From assembly GCF_056746865.1 (NCBI RefSeq), contig NZ_CM163382.1: DNA of 64,000 bases, one strand, 5' to 3'. The notes under the pieces were generated by a model, which did no database searches, was not told the DNA's origin, and was given only the letters and a program-made list of their open reading frames with translations. Both the position numbers and the translations under genes were made by a program. Below, piece after piece: positions 1-12,656 of the stretch; the stretch's first letter is position 1; every line of letters begins with the position of its first letter.

Positions 1-962
1 AATCCCCTTTGTGGCGGCTATTGCTGCCACTCTCCTGGTTGTATGGCCTGGTGAGTGGCGCGATCCGTCTTTGCTATAAACTAAAACTGAAGCGCGCCTG
101 GCGTGCCCCCGTACCGGTTGTCGTGGTTGGTAATCTCACCGCAGGCGGCAATGGAAAAACCCCGGTCGTTGTCTGGCTGGTGGAACAGCTGCAACAGCGC
201 GGTATTCGCGTGGGGGTAGTATCGCGGGGATATGGTGGTAAGGCTGAATCTTATCCGCTGTTATTGTCGGCAGATACCACCACAGCACAGGCGGGTGATG
301 AACCTGTGTTGATTTATCAACGCACTGGCGCGCCCGTTGCGGTTTCTCCCGTGCGTTCTGATGCGGTAAAAGCCATTCTGGCGCAACACCCTGATGTGCA
401 GATCATCGTAACCGACGACGGTTTACAGCATTACCGTCTGGCGCGTGATGTGGAAATTGTCGTTGTTGATGGTGTGCGTCGCTTTGGCAATGGCTGGTGG
501 TTGCCGGCGGGGCCAATGCGTGAGCGAGCGGGGCGCTTAAAGTCGGTTGATGCGGTAATCGTCAACGGCGGTGTCCCACGCAGCGGTGAAATCCCCATGC
601 ATCTGCTGCCGGGTCAGGCGGTGAATTTACGTACCGGTATGCGTTGTGACGTTGCTCAGCTTGAACATGTAGTGGCGATGGCGGGGATTGGACATCCGCC
701 GCGCTTTTTTGCCACGCTGAAGATGTGCGGCGTACAACCGGAAAAATGTGTACCGCTGGCCGATCATCAGTCTTTGAATCATGCGGATGTCAGCGCGTTG
801 GTAAGCGCCGGGCAAACGCTGGTAATGACTGAAAAAGATGCGGTGAAATGCCGGGCCTTTGCAGAAGAAAATTGGTGGTATTTGCCTGTAGACGCACAGC
901 TTTCAGGTGATGAACCAGCGAAACTGCTTGCGCAACTAACCTCGCTGGCTTCTGGCAACTAG
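1..962 (+). CDS. lpxK: Tetraacyldisaccharide 4'-kinase (lipid A biosynthesis), 5' end cut by window edge
   Basis: ORF 9..962 translation contains the P-loop [12 protein letters not shown] and matches LpxK as I recall it; the reading frame is open back to the window start, so the true N-terminus lies upstream. Confidence 0.9.
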   Translation, partial: SPLWRLLLPLSWLYGLVSGAIRLCYKLKLKRAWRAPVPVVVVGNLTAGGNGKTPVVVWLVEQLQQRGIRVGVVSRGYGGKAESYPLLLSADTTTAQAGDEPVLIYQRTGAPVAVSPVRSDAVKAILAQHPDVQIIVTDDGLQHYRLARDVEIVVVDGVRRFGNGWWLPAGPMRERAGRLKSVDAVIVNGGVPRSGEIPMHLLPGQAVNLRTGMRCDVAQLEHVVAMAGIGHPPRFFATLKMCGVQPEKCVPLADHQSLNHADVSALVSAGQTLVMTEKDAVKCRAFAEENWWYLPVDAQLSGDEPAKLLAQLTSLASGN

Positions 963-998
963 TTACGCCGCGGCAGCGTTCGATTGATGGAGTCATGA

Positions 999-2231
999 AT
1001 GTCGCTGCCGCACCTCTCTCTTGCTGATGCGCGTAATCTTCACCTCGCCGCGCAAGGCCTGTTAAACAAACCCCGCCGTCGAGCGTCGTTGGAGGATATT
1101 CCGGCAACGATCTCCCGAATGTCCTTGCTGCAAATCGATACCATTAATATTGTTGCCCGTAGTCCATATCTGGTGCTTTTCAGTCGTCTGGGAAATTATC
1201 CTGCCCAGTGGCTGGATGAGTCTCTGGCGCGTGGCGAATTAATGGAATACTGGGCGCATGAAGCCTGCTTTATGCCGCGTAGCGACTTTCGTCTTATTCG
1301 CCACCGCATGCTGGCACCTGAAAAAATGGGCTGGAAATACAAAGACGCCTGGATGCAGGAACATGAGGCGGAAATTGCACAGTTAATTCAGCATATTCAT
1401 GATAAGGGGCCGGTACGTTCAGCCGATTTTGAGCATCCTCGTAAAGGTGCAAGCGGCTGGTGGGAATGGAAGCCGCATAAACGGCATCTGGAAGGTTTAT
1501 TTACTGCCGGAAAGGTGATGGTGATTGAACGGCGCAACTTCCAGCGCGTTTATGATTTAACCCACCGAGTCATGCCTGACTGGGATGATGAGCGCGATCT
1601 CGTTTCGCAAACAGAAGCAGAAATCATCATGCTGGATAACAGTGCGCGTAGCCTGGGAATATTCCGCGAACAGTGGCTGGCAGATTACTATCGGCTGAAA
1701 CGTCCGGCACTGGCGGCGTGGCGCGAAGCGAGGGCTGAACAGCAGCAAATCATTGCTGTGCATGTTGAAAAATTGGGCAATCTTTGGCTGCATGCTGATT
1801 TGCTGCCGCTACTCGAGCGTGCGCTGGCCGGAAAGCTCACTGCAACGCACAGCGCGGTACTTTCGCCTTTTGATCCTGTTGTCTGGGATCGCAAACGCGC
1901 AGAGCAGCTTTTTGATTTTAGCTACCGGCTGGAGTGCTATACCCCAGCGCCGAAACGCCAGTATGGCTATTTTGTTCTGCCGTTATTACATCGTGGGCAA
2001 TTAGTTGGGCGAATGGATGCCAAAATGCATCGCCAGACAGGCATCCTTGAAGTTATCTCTCTGTGGTTACAGGAAGGCATTAAACCAACGACAACGCTGC
2101 AAAAAGGGTTACGTCAGGCGATTACTGATTTCGCTAACTGGCAGCAGGCAACGCGGGTGACATTAGGACGCTGCCCGCAAGGCCTCTTTACTGATTGCCG
2201 CACCGGCTGGGAAATAGACCCCGTCGCATAA
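999..2231 (+). CDS. ycaQ: Winged-helix DNA glycosylase YcaQ (interstrand-crosslink repair family)
   Basis: 410-aa ORF in the conserved lpxK-ycaQ-ycaR-kdsB arrangement; sequence recognised as YcaQ. Confidence 0.85.
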   Translation: MSLPHLSLADARNLHLAAQGLLNKPRRRASLEDIPATISRMSLLQIDTINIVARSPYLVLFSRLGNYPAQWLDESLARGELMEYWAHEACFMPRSDFRLIRHRMLAPEKMGWKYKDAWMQEHEAEIAQLIQHIHDKGPVRSADFEHPRKGASGWWEWKPHKRHLEGLFTAGKVMVIERRNFQRVYDLTHRVMPDWDDERDLVSQTEAEIIMLDNSARSLGIFREQWLADYYRLKRPALAAWREARAEQQQIIAVHVEKLGNLWLHADLLPLLERALAGKLTATHSAVLSPFDPVVWDRKRAEQLFDFSYRLECYTPAPKRQYGYFVLPLLHRGQLVGRMDAKMHRQTGILEVISLWLQEGIKPTTTLQKGLRQAITDFANWQQATRVTLGRCPQGLFTDCRTGWEIDPVA

Positions 2232-2282
2232 ATGATTATGATAAGATTTATGCATTCATAACCCGATCCATCTGGAGGAACT

Positions 2283-3208
<926 letters not shown>

Positions 3209-3361
3209 TTTCACTTCACGACACTCCAGCCAATTTTGGGAGGAGTGTCGTACCGTTACGATTTTCCTCAATTTTTCTTTTCAACAATTGATCTCATTCA
3301 GGTGACATCTTTTATATTGGCGCTCATTATGAAAGCAGTAGCTTTTATGAGGGTAATCTGA

Positions 3362-4255
3362 ATGGAACAGCTGCGTGCCGAATTAAGCCATTTACTGGGC
3401 GAAAAACTCAGTCGTATTGAGTGCGTCAATGAAAAAGCGGATACGGCGTTGTGGGCTTTGTATGACAGCCAGGGAAACCCAATGCCGTTAATGGCAAGAA
3501 GCTTTAGTACGCCCGGAAAAGCCCGACAACTGGCATGGAAAACCACCATGCTGGCAAGAAGTGGGACTGTCCGTATGCCGATTATTTATGGTGTGATGAC
3601 GCATGAAGAACACCCTGGCCCCGATGTCCTGCTACTGGAGCGGATGCGTGGTGTTTCGGTGGAGGCACCAGCCCGAACACCAGAACGCTGGGAACAGCTT
3701 AAAGATCAAATCGTTGAAGCCTTACTGGCCTGGCACCGTCAGGACAGTCGCGGTTGCGTCGGCGCGGTCGACAATACTCAGGAAAATTTCTGGCCCTCAT
3801 GGTACCGGCAACATGTTGAAGTGCTATGGACCACGCTCAATCAGTTCAATAACACCGGTCTAACGATGCAGGATAAGCGGATCCTGTTTCGTACTCGCGA
3901 ATGTCTCCCGGCATTATTTGAAGGCTTTAACGACAATTGTGTGCTGATTCACGGTAACTTCTGTTTACGCAGCATGCTGAAAGATTCGCGCAGCGATCAG
4001 TTACTGGCGATGGTCGGGCCGGGACTAATGCTTTGGGCACCGCGAGAATATGAACTGTTCCGACTAATGGATAATTCTCTGGCGGAAGATTTGCTCTGGA
4101 GTTACCTGCAACGCGCGCCAGTGGCGGAGTCGTTCATCTGGCGGCGTTGGTTGTATGTGTTATGGGATGAAGTTGCGCAACTGGTTAATACCGGACGATT
4201 TAGTCGGCGCAACTTCGATCTGGCATCAAAATCACTCTTGCCGTGGCTCGCCTGA
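3362..4255 (+). CDS. ycbJ: Conserved protein YcbJ (phosphotransferase/kinase-like fold)
   Basis: 297-aa ORF at the conserved position between kdsB and elyC. Confidence 0.8.
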   Translation: MEQLRAELSHLLGEKLSRIECVNEKADTALWALYDSQGNPMPLMARSFSTPGKARQLAWKTTMLARSGTVRMPIIYGVMTHEEHPGPDVLLLERMRGVSVEAPARTPERWEQLKDQIVEALLAWHRQDSRGCVGAVDNTQENFWPSWYRQHVEVLWTTLNQFNNTGLTMQDKRILFRTRECLPALFEGFNDNCVLIHGNFCLRSMLKDSRSDQLLAMVGPGLMLWAPREYELFRLMDNSLAEDLLWSYLQRAPVAESFIWRRWLYVLWDEVAQLVNTGRFSRRNFDLASKSLLPWLA

Positions 4256-5011
4256 CGAACCTTTTAGCCACTGCCAGATGCGGCCAAGCGTTTCATAGCC
4301 AACACGATCGCTATGCATCAACCAAACCGGAGAAGGGATTGCCCGTTCCCACGGATTAAGCGGCGAGTCGATGGCCAACTGATTCGCCGGGGCTGGCAGC
4401 GGATTTAGCCCTTCCTGCTGAAAAAAGATCATCGCCCGCGGCAGATGTGATGCGGAGGTCACCAGCAGGAAAGGGGCGTCACCAATCGCCTGTTTCACTG
4501 CCGCAGCTTCTTCTTCGGTATCTTTTGGCAAATCCAGGGTGATAATTTGCTCGCGCGGCACGCCCAGCGATTGCGCAACTCGGGCACCTACTTCCGCTGT
4601 ACTCACCGTATTGGTTTTTGCTACGCCTCCCGTGAAGATCAGTTTTGATCCCGGATTTTCGCGCCATAAGCGAATACCTTCATTCAGGCGGGGCAGACTG
4701 TTATTGATTAAATTCGAGCTTGGTGCCCACTGCGGGTTCCAGGTATAACCACCTCCGAGCACCACGATATAGTCCACTTTTTGCGAATTATTCCATGTCG
4801 GATAGGTGCTTTCGATGGGACGCAGCAGGCGGTCGGCTACCGGTTGCAAACTCAATAACAAGAGCGCCAGCCACCCAATGCTAATAAAAATCTTCCCGGT
4901 TTTTTGAAAACGGCTAAACCACAGCAGCGCCAGGCCAGCGCCAATAATCAACAACATCAGCGGAAGTGGCAGCAACATATTGCCAATCACTTTTTTCAGT
5001 GTAAAAAGCAT
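4232..5011 (-). CDS. elyC: Envelope biogenesis factor ElyC (DUF218 protein)
   Basis: 259-aa ORF with N-terminal transmembrane segment; its 3' end overlaps the ycbJ 3' end by 24 nt (convergent). Confidence 0.85.
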   Translation of the reverse strand: MLFTLKKVIGNMLLPLPLMLLIIGAGLALLWFSRFQKTGKIFISIGWLALLLLSLQPVADRLLRPIESTYPTWNNSQKVDYIVVLGGGYTWNPQWAPSSNLINNSLPRLNEGIRLWRENPGSKLIFTGGVAKTNTVSTAEVGARVAQSLGVPREQIITLDLPKDTEEEAAAVKQAIGDAPFLLVTSASHLPRAMIFFQQEGLNPLPAPANQLAIDSPLNPWERAIPSPVWLMHSDRVGYETLGRIWQWLKGSSGEPRQE

Positions 5012-5146
5012 CCTTTCTGGTTCCTTTTTTAACCATATAGCAAGGGATCGCCAGCGATATTACACCAGACGGGTTCATTCTCGCCGTGGCTGTGACAAAA
5101 TAGCGTCTTTATCAGAAAACGTCTTAGCCAACCGGTGGAGAAAGCA

Positions 5147-5932
5147 ATGCAGGATCGCAATTTTGATGATATTGCGGAAAAGTTTTCCCGTAACATTTAC
5201 GGCACCACCAAAGGGCAGCTTCGACAGGCTATTCTGTGGCAGGATCTCGATCGCGTGCTGGCGGAAATGGGCCCGCAAAAACTGCGTGTGCTGGATGCTG
5301 GCGGTGGAGAAGGGCAGACCGCAATCAAAATGGCTGAGCGCGGGCATCAGGTCATTTTATGCGATCTTTCTGCGCAGATGATCGACCGCGCAAAACAGGC
5401 GGCAGAAGCAAAAGGTGTGAGCGACAACATGCAATTTATACATTGCGCCGCTCAGGATGTTGCTTCGCATTTGGAAACGCCCGTTGATCTGATATTGTTC
5501 CATGCGGTGCTCGAGTGGGTGGCCGATCCCCGCAGCGTATTACAGACCCTGTGGTCAGTGTTGCGTCCAGGCGGTGTGTTGTCGTTAATGTTCTACAATG
5601 CGCACGGCTTGCTGATGCATAACATGGTCGCCGGGAATTTTGATTACGTGCAGGCGGGAATGCCGAAAAAGAAAAAACGGACGCTTTCGCCAGATTATCC
5701 ACGCGACCCGGCGCAGGTTTATCTGTGGCTGGAAGAAGCTGGTTGGCAAATTATGGGTAAGACAGGCGTTCGCGTGTTTCATGATTATCTGCGCGAGAAG
5801 CACCAGCAGCGCGACTGCTATGAAGCATTACTTGAATTAGAAACGCGTTATTGCCGTCAGGAACCGTATATTACCCTGGGGCGTTATATTCATGTCACCG
5901 CGCGCAAACCGCAGAGCAAGGATAAAGTATGA
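5147..5932 (+). CDS. cmoM: tRNA 5-carboxymethoxyuridine methyltransferase (SAM-dependent, formerly SmtA)
   Basis: Track ORF 5135..5932; start moved to MQDRNFDD with GGAG 8 nt upstream; SAM-binding motif VLDAGGGEG present. Confidence 0.85.
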
Positions 5933-7251
5933 GTGAATTTTCCCAGACAGTCCCCGAACTGGTTGCCTGGGCCAGAAAAAATGACTTCTCCATCTCGCTG
6001 CCGGTAGACCGACTCTCTTTTCTGCTGGCGGTTGCCACGCTGAACGGCGAGCGTCTGGATGGTGAGATGAGTGAAGGCGAGCTGGTGGATGCATTCCGCC
6101 ATGTGAGTGATGCGTTTGAGCAAACCAGCGAAACCATCGGCGTGCGCGCCAACAACGCGATCAACGACATGGTGCGTCAACGTCTGCTGAACCGCTTTAC
6201 CAGCGAGCAGGCGGAAGGGAACGCAATTTACCGTCTGACGCCGCTCGGCATTGGCATCACTGACTATTACATTCGTCAGCGCGAGTTTTCTACGCTGCGC
6301 CTTTCTATGCAATTGTCGATTGTGGCGGGTGAGCTCAAACGCGCAGCAGATGCCGCCGAAGAGGGCGGTGATGAATTTCACTGGCACCGTAATGTTTATG
6401 CGCCACTGAAATATTCGGTAGCAGAAATTTTCGACAGTATCGACCTGACGCAACGTCTGATGGATGAACAGCAGCAGCAGGTGAAGGATGATATCGCCCA
6501 GTTGTTGAACAAAGACTGGCGGGCGGCGATTTCCAGCTGTGAATTGTTGCTTTCAGAAACTTCCGGCACGCTGCGTGAATTGCAGGATACGCTGGAAGCG
6601 GCAGGCGATAAATTGCAGGCCAACCTGTTACGCATTCAGGATGCGACGATGACCCATGACGATCTGCATTTTGTCGATCGTCTGGTATTCGATCTGCAGA
6701 GCAAACTTGACCGTATTATCAGCTGGGGCCAGCAATCCATCGATTTGTGGATTGGCTACGACCGCCACGTACACAAATTTATTCGTACTGCGATCGATAT
6801 GGATAAAAACCGCGTCTTTGCTCAGCGGTTACGTCAGTCGGTACAAACCTATTTTGATGAGCCGTGGGCGCTAACTTATGCCAATGCCGATCGTCTGCTG
6901 GATATGCGTGACGAAGAGATGGCTCTGCGCGATGAAGAAGTGACAGGAGAACTTCCTGAGGATCTGGAGTACGAAGAGTTTAACGAGATCCGCGAACAGC
7001 TGGCGGCGATCATTGAAGAACAACTTGCCGTGTACAAAACCAGACAAGTGCCGCTGGATCTTGGTCTGGTGGTACGCGAATATCTGTCACAGTATCCGCG
7101 TGCACGTCACTTTGACGTTGCGCGCATTGTTATTGATCAGGCGGTACGTCTTGGCGTAGCGCAAGCAGATTTCACCGGACTGCCAGCGAAATGGCAGCCG
7201 ATTAATGATTACGGAGCCAAGGTACAGGCGCATGTCATCGACAAATATTGA
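5929..7251 (+). CDS. mukF: Chromosome partition protein MukF (condensin kleisin)
   Basis: 440-aa ORF beginning [22 protein letters not shown]; start overlaps the cmoM stop (ATGA). Confidence 0.95.
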
Positions 7252-7936
7252 ACAAGTGATGCCGGTTAAGCTGGCGCAGGCGCTGGCGAATCCGTTATTT
7301 CCGGCGCTGGACAGCGCCTTACGTTCAGGCCGCCATATTGGCCTCGACGAACTGGATAATCATGCATTCCTGATGGATTTTCAGGAATATCTGGAAGAGT
7401 TTTACGCGCGTTATAACGTTGAGCTTATTCGTGCACCGGAAGGGTTCTTCTATTTACGCCCACGTTCCACCACTCTTATCCCGCGTTCCGTCTTGTCGGA
7501 ACTGGATATGATGGTCGGGAAAATCCTCTGTTATCTCTATCTCAGCCCGGAACGGCTGGCGAACGAGGGGATTTTCACCCAGCAGGAACTGTACGACGAA
7601 CTGCTCACCCTGGCCGATGAAGCGAAACTGCTGAAACTGGTGAACAACCGTTCAACCGGTTCAGACGTTGACCGCCAGAAGTTGCAGGAAAAAGTACGTT
7701 CTTCGCTCAACCGTCTGCGTCGTTTGGGTATGGTGTGGTTTATGGGCCACGACAGCAGCAAGTTCCGCATTACCGAATCGGTGTTCCGCTTCGGAGCCGA
7801 TGTGCGTGCTGGCGACGATCCCCGTGAAGCACAGCGTCGCCTGATTCGTGATGGCGAAGCAATGCCGATTGAAAATCATCTGCAACTCAACGATGAAACC
7901 GAAGAGAGTCAGCCAGATAGCGGAGAGGAAGAATAA
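7232..7936 (+). CDS. mukE: Chromosome partition protein MukE
   Basis: Track ORF 7205..7936; start placed at the internal Met ([14 protein letters not shown]) giving 234 aa; overlaps the mukF 3' end, with 7205 as the alternative start. Confidence 0.9.
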
Positions 7937-10900
7937 TGATTGAACGCGGTAAATTTCGCTCACTGACGCTGATTAACTGGAACGGCTTTTTTGCCCGAAC
8001 TTTTGACCTCGATGAGCTGGTTACGACGCTCTCCGGCGGTAACGGGGCGGGTAAATCCACCACAATGGCGGCGTTCGTTACGGCGCTGATCCCCGACCTG
8101 ACCCTGCTGCATTTCCGTAACACCACGGAAGCCGGGGCCACCAGCGGTTCGCGCGATAAAGGTCTGCACGGTAAGCTGAAAGCGGGTGTCTGTTATTCGA
8201 TGCTCGACACCATTAACTCGCGCCACCAGCGTGTGGTGGTCGGTGTGCGTCTGCAACAGGTTGCCGGACGCGATCGTAAAGTCGATATCAAACCGTTTGC
8301 CATTCAGGGCCTGCCGATGTCGGTGCTGCCGACGCAGCTGGTGACCGAAACCCTCAACGAACGCCAGGCGCGTGTACTGCCGCTGAACGAGCTGAAAGAC
8401 AAGCTCGAGGCGATGGAAGGCGTGCAGTTTAAGCAGTTCAACTCCATTACCGATTACCACTCGCTGATGTTCGATCTGGGCATCATCGCGCGTCGTCTGC
8501 GCTCAGCGTCTGACCGTAGCAAATTCTATCGTCTGATCGAAGCTTCGCTGTACGGCGGGATCTCCAGCGCCATTACGCGCTCTCTGCGCGACTACCTGTT
8601 GCCGGAAAACAGCGGCGTGCGGAAAGCGTTCCAGGACATGGAAGCGGCGCTGCGCGAAAACCGCATGACGCTGGAAGCGATTCGTGTCACCCAGTCGGAC
8701 CGTGACCTGTTTAAGCATCTGATCAGCGAAGCCACCAACTACGTGGCGGCGGACTACATGCGTCACGCCAACGAGCGCCGTGTCCATCTCGACAAAGCCC
8801 TGGAATTTCGTCGCGAGCTACACACTTCGCGTCAGCAACTGGCGGCTGAGCAGTACAAACACGTCGATATGGCGCGTGAGCTGGCAGAGCACAACGGTGC
8901 CGAAGGCGATCTGGAAGCAGATTATCAGGCGGCCAGCGATCACCTGAACCTGGTGCAAACCGCACTGCGTCAGCAGGAGAAGATCGAACGTTACGAAGCG
9001 GATCTCGATGAGCTGCAGATCCGTCTGGAAGAGCAAAACGAAGTGGTGGCAGAAGCCATCGAACGCCAGGAAGAGAACGAGGCTCGTGCGGAAGCTGCCG
9101 AACTGGAAGTGGACGAGCTGAAAAGCCAGCTTGCTGACTATCAGCAGGCGCTGGACGTCCAGCAAACGCGCGCGATCCAGTATAACCAGGCGGTTGCTGC
9201 GCTTAATCGTGCCAAAGAACTGTGCCATCTGCCGGACTTAACCGCCGACAGCGCCGCCGAATGGCTGGAAACCTTCCAGGCGAAAGAGCTGGAAGCGACT
9301 GAAAAAATGCTCTCTCTTGAGCAGAAAATGAGCATGGCGCAAACCGCGCACAGCCAGTTTGAGCAGGCTTATCAGCTGGTGGTGGCAATCAACGGCCCGC
9401 TGGCGCGTAACGAGGCGTGGGATGTCGCTCGCGAACTGCTGCGCGAAGGGGTCGATCAGCGTCACCTGGCAGAGCAGGTTCAACCGTTGCGGATGCGCTT
9501 AAGCGAACTGGAACAGCGTCTGCGCGAGCAGCAAGAAGCCGAACGCCTGCTGGCAGATTTCTGCAAACGTCAGGGCAAGAATTTTGATATTGATGAACTG
9601 GAAGCTCTGCATCAGGAGCTGGAAGCGCGCATTGCCTCTCTTTCCGATAGCGTGTCTAACGCCCGCGAAGAGCGTATGGCACTGCGTCAGGAGCAGGAAC
9701 AGCTGCAGTCTCGCATTCAGAGTTTGATGCAGCGTGCGCCGGTTTGGCTGGCTGCGCAAAACAGTCTCAACCAGTTGAGCGAACAGTGCGGCGAAGAGTT
9801 CTCCTCCAGCCAGGACGTCACCGAATATCTGCAACAGTTGCTGGAGCGTGAGCGCGAGGCGATTGTTGAACGCGATGAAGTAGGCGCGCGCAAAAACGCC
9901 GTCGATGAAGAGATCGAACGTTTAAGCCAGCCAGGTGGTTCTGAAGACCAGCGTTTGAATGCGCTGGCGGAGCGTTTTGGCGGCGTGCTGCTGTCAGAAA
10001 TTTATGACGACGTTAGCCTGGAAGATGCGCCGTACTTCTCGGCGCTGTATGGCCCGTCACGCCACGCCATTGTGGTGCCAGATCTGTCACAGGTAACCGA
10101 ACACCTGGAAGGCTTGACCGATTGCCCGGAAGATCTCTATCTGATCGAAGGGGATCCGCAGTCATTCGATGACAGCGTGTTCAGCGTTGATGAGCTGGAA
10201 AAAGCGGTAGTGGTGAAAATCGCCGATCGTCAGTGGCGTTATTCACGTTTCCCGGAAGTGCCGCTGTTTGGACGCGCGGCGCGCGAAAGCCGCATCGAAA
10301 GCCTCCATGCCGAGCGTGAAGTGCTTTCCGAACGCTTCGCCACGCTCTCCTTTGATGTACAGAAAACCCAGCGTCTGCATCAGGCGTTCAGCCGCTTTAT
10401 CGGTAGTCATCTGGCGGTGGCGTTTGAGTCTGACCCGGAAGCAGAAATCCGTCAACTGAACAGCCGTCGCGTCGAACTGGAGCGGGCGCTGAGTAATCAT
10501 GAAAATGATAACCAGCAGCAGCGTATTCAATTTGAGCAGGCGAAAGAGGGCGTTACGGCGCTGAACCGCATTCTGCCGCGTCTCAACCTGTTGGCTGATG
10601 ACAGCCTGGCAGATCGCGTCGATGAAATCCGCGAACGTCTGGATGAAGCCCAGGAAGCCGCGCGTTTTGTTCAGCAGTTCGGTAATCAACTGGCGAAACT
10701 GGAACCGATCGTTTCGGTATTGCAGAGTGACCCGGAACAGTTCGAACAGTTAAAAGAAGATTACGCGTACTCTCAGCAGATGCAGCGCGATGCCCGTCAG
10801 CAGGCGTTTGCCCTGACGGAAGTGGTGCAGCGTCGTGCGCACTTTAGCTACTCTGACTCTGCAGAAATGCTTAGCGGTAACAGCGATCTCAACGAAAAAC

Positions 10901-12396
10901 TGCGTGAACGTCTGGAACAGGCGGAAGCGGAGCGTACCCGCGCGCGTGAAGCGTTGCGCGGACACGCAGCGCAGTTGAGTCAGTACAACCAGGTGCTGGC
11001 TTCGCTGAAAAGTTCTTACGACACCAAAAAAGAGCTACTCAATGATCTGCAACGTGAATTGCAGGATATCGGCGTGCGAGCTGATAGCGGGGCAGAAGAG
11101 CGGGCGCGTATTCGCCGTGACGAGCTGCACGCGCAACTGAGCAATAACCGTTCACGCCGCAATCAACTGGAAAAAGCGCTTACCTTCTGCGAAGCAGAGA
11201 TGGACAACCTGACCCGCAAACTGCGCAAGCTGGAGCGGGATTACTTTGAGATGCGCGAGCAGGTAGTGACCGCGAAAGCGGGCTGGTGTGCAGTCATGCG
11301 CATGGTGAAAGATAACGGCGTTGAGCGCCGCTTACACCGTCGTGAGCTGGCTTATCTCTCCGCTGATGATTTGCGTTCCATGTCGGATAAGGCGTTAGGT
11401 GCGCTGCGTCTGGCAGTGGCAGATAACGAACATCTGCGCGATGTGCTGCGCATGTCGGAAGATCCAAAACGTCCGGAACGTAAAATTCAGTTCTTCGTGG
11501 CGGTTTATCAGCATCTGCGTGAACGTATTCGTCAGGATATTATTCGTACCGATGATCCGGTGGAAGCTATCGAACAGATGGAGATCGAACTTAGCCGTCT
11601 GACCGAAGAGTTAACCTCCCGTGAACAGAAACTGGCGATCAGTTCCCGCAGCGTGGCGAACATTATTCGCAAAACCATTCAGCGCGAACAGAACCGTATC
11701 CGTATGCTCAACCAGGGTTTGCAGAACGTATCGTTTGGTCAGGTGAACAGCGTACGTCTGAACGTGAACGTGCGTGAAACGCACGCCATGCTGCTGGATG
11801 TGCTCTCTGAACAGCACGAGCAGCATCAGGATCTGTTTAACAGCAACCGTCTGACCTTCTCGGAAGCGCTGGCGAAATTGTATCAACGTCTTAATCCGCA
11901 GATTGATATGGGGCAGCGCACGCCGCAGACCATTGGCGAAGAACTGCTGGATTACCGCAACTATCTGGAAATGGAAGTTGAGGTTAACCGTGGTTCTGAT
12001 GGTTGGCTGCGCGCAGAGTCTGGTGCATTGTCGACCGGTGAGGCGATTGGTACCGGTATGTCGATTCTGGTGATGGTGGTACAAAGCTGGGAAGATGAAT
12101 CTCGCCGCCTGCGCGGTAAAGATATCTCTCCTTGCCGCCTGCTGTTCCTCGATGAAGCCGCGCGACTGGACGCCCGTTCTATCGCCACGCTGTTTGAATT
12201 GTGTGAACGTTTGCAAATGCAGCTCATCATCGCAGCGCCGGAAAATATCAGTCCGGAAAAAGGCACCACCTATAAACTGGTACGTAAAGTCTTCCAGAAT
12301 ACCGAACACGTTCACGTCGTCGGCCTGCGAGGATTTGCGCCGCAACTCCCTGAAACGCTTCCAGGAAGTGACGAAGCGCCTTCCCAGGCGAGTTAA
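7936..12396 (+). CDS. mukB: Chromosome partition protein MukB (SMC-like condensin ATPase)
   Basis: 1486-aa ORF with N-terminal Walker [10 protein letters not shown], long coiled-coil region and C-terminal LLFLDEA motif; start overlaps the mukE stop. Confidence 0.97.
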   Translation: MIERGKFRSLTLINWNGFFARTFDLDELVTTLSGGNGAGKSTTMAAFVTALIPDLTLLHFRNTTEAGATSGSRDKGLHGKLKAGVCYSMLDTINSRHQRVVVGVRLQQVAGRDRKVDIKPFAIQGLPMSVLPTQLVTETLNERQARVLPLNELKDKLEAMEGVQFKQFNSITDYHSLMFDLGIIARRLRSASDRSKFYRLIEASLYGGISSAITRSLRDYLLPENSGVRKAFQDMEAALRENRMTLEAIRVTQSDRDLFKHLISEATNYVAADYMRHANERRVHLDKALEFRRELHTSRQQLAAEQYKHVDMARELAEHNGAEGDLEADYQAASDHLNLVQTALRQQEKIERYEADLDELQIRLEEQNEVVAEAIERQEENEARAEAAELEVDELKSQLADYQQALDVQQTRAIQYNQAVAALNRAKELCHLPDLTADSAAEWLETFQAKELEATEKMLSLEQKMSMAQTAHSQFEQAYQLVVAINGPLARNEAWDVARELLREGVDQRHLAEQVQPLRMRLSELEQRLREQQEAERLLADFCKRQGKNFDIDELEALHQELEARIASLSDSVSNAREERMALRQEQEQLQSRIQSLMQRAPVWLAAQNSLNQLSEQCGEEFSSSQDVTEYLQQLLEREREAIVERDEVGARKNAVDEEIERLSQPGGSEDQRLNALAERFGGVLLSEIYDDVSLEDAPYFSALYGPSRHAIVVPDLSQVTEHLEGLTDCPEDLYLIEGDPQSFDDSVFSVDELEKAVVVKIADRQWRYSRFPEVPLFGRAARESRIESLHAEREVLSERFATLSFDVQKTQRLHQAFSRFIGSHLAVAFESDPEAEIRQLNSRRVELERALSNHENDNQQQRIQFEQAKEGVTALNRILPRLNLLADDSLADRVDEIRERLDEAQEAARFVQQFGNQLAKLEPIVSVLQSDPEQFEQLKEDYAYSQQMQRDARQQAFALTEVVQRRAHFSYSDSAEMLSGNSDLNEKLRERLEQAEAERTRAREALRGHAAQLSQYNQVLASLKSSYDTKKELLNDLQRELQDIGVRADSGAEERARIRRDELHAQLSNNRSRRNQLEKALTFCEAEMDNLTRKLRKLERDYFEMREQVVTAKAGWCAVMRMVKDNGVERRLHRRELAYLSADDLRSMSDKALGALRLAVADNEHLRDVLRMSEDPKRPERKIQFFVAVYQHLRERIRQDIIRTDDPVEAIEQMEIELSRLTEELTSREQKLAISSRSVANIIRKTIQREQNRIRMLNQGLQNVSFGQVNSVRLNVNVRETHAMLLDVLSEQHEQHQDLFNSNRLTFSEALAKLYQRLNPQIDMGQRTPQTIGEELLDYRNYLEMEVEVNRGSDGWLRAESGALSTGEAIGTGMSILVMVVQSWEDESRRLRGKDISPCRLLFLDEAARLDARSIATLFELCERLQMQLIIAAPENISPEKGTTYKLVRKVFQNTEHVHVVGLRGFAPQLPETLPGSDEAPSQAS

Positions 12397-12400
12397 AATG

Positions 12401-12430
12401 AAGGCGGCAGCAATGCCGCCTTTTCTTTTT
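12401..12430 (+). terminator. Rho-independent terminator after mukB
   Basis: Stem aaggcggca / tgccgcctt followed by ttttcttttt immediately after the mukB stop. Confidence 0.7.
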
Positions 12431-12656
12431 CCGAAAACTCCGTTTCTGCACTAAAAAAGTGGCACATTACGGCGCGCTTTTCTTTAAACTTCTTTACATT
12501 AGGTTATGTAAAAACGTATCGGCGTTTATATACTGAAGATAAGCCTGATGAGTAACAGGCTTGCTCGTCATACTTTCGTGAGTATTGGCGTTGTACAGGC
12601 AAGTCGTAAAATAACAGCCTGGCTATTCAGAGTATGATAAAAACAGGGGGCAAGGG

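Noticed and set aside
3219-3250. Hairpin cgacactcc / ggagtgtcg after kdsB as a terminator
   Set aside because: The stem is good but the loop is about 14 nt and no T-run follows immediately, so it is too weak to call.
11611-12345. 244-aa ORF antisense to the 3' part of mukB
   Set aside because: Fully contained within mukB on the opposite strand; composition reflects the mukB coding strand and no independent signal was seen.
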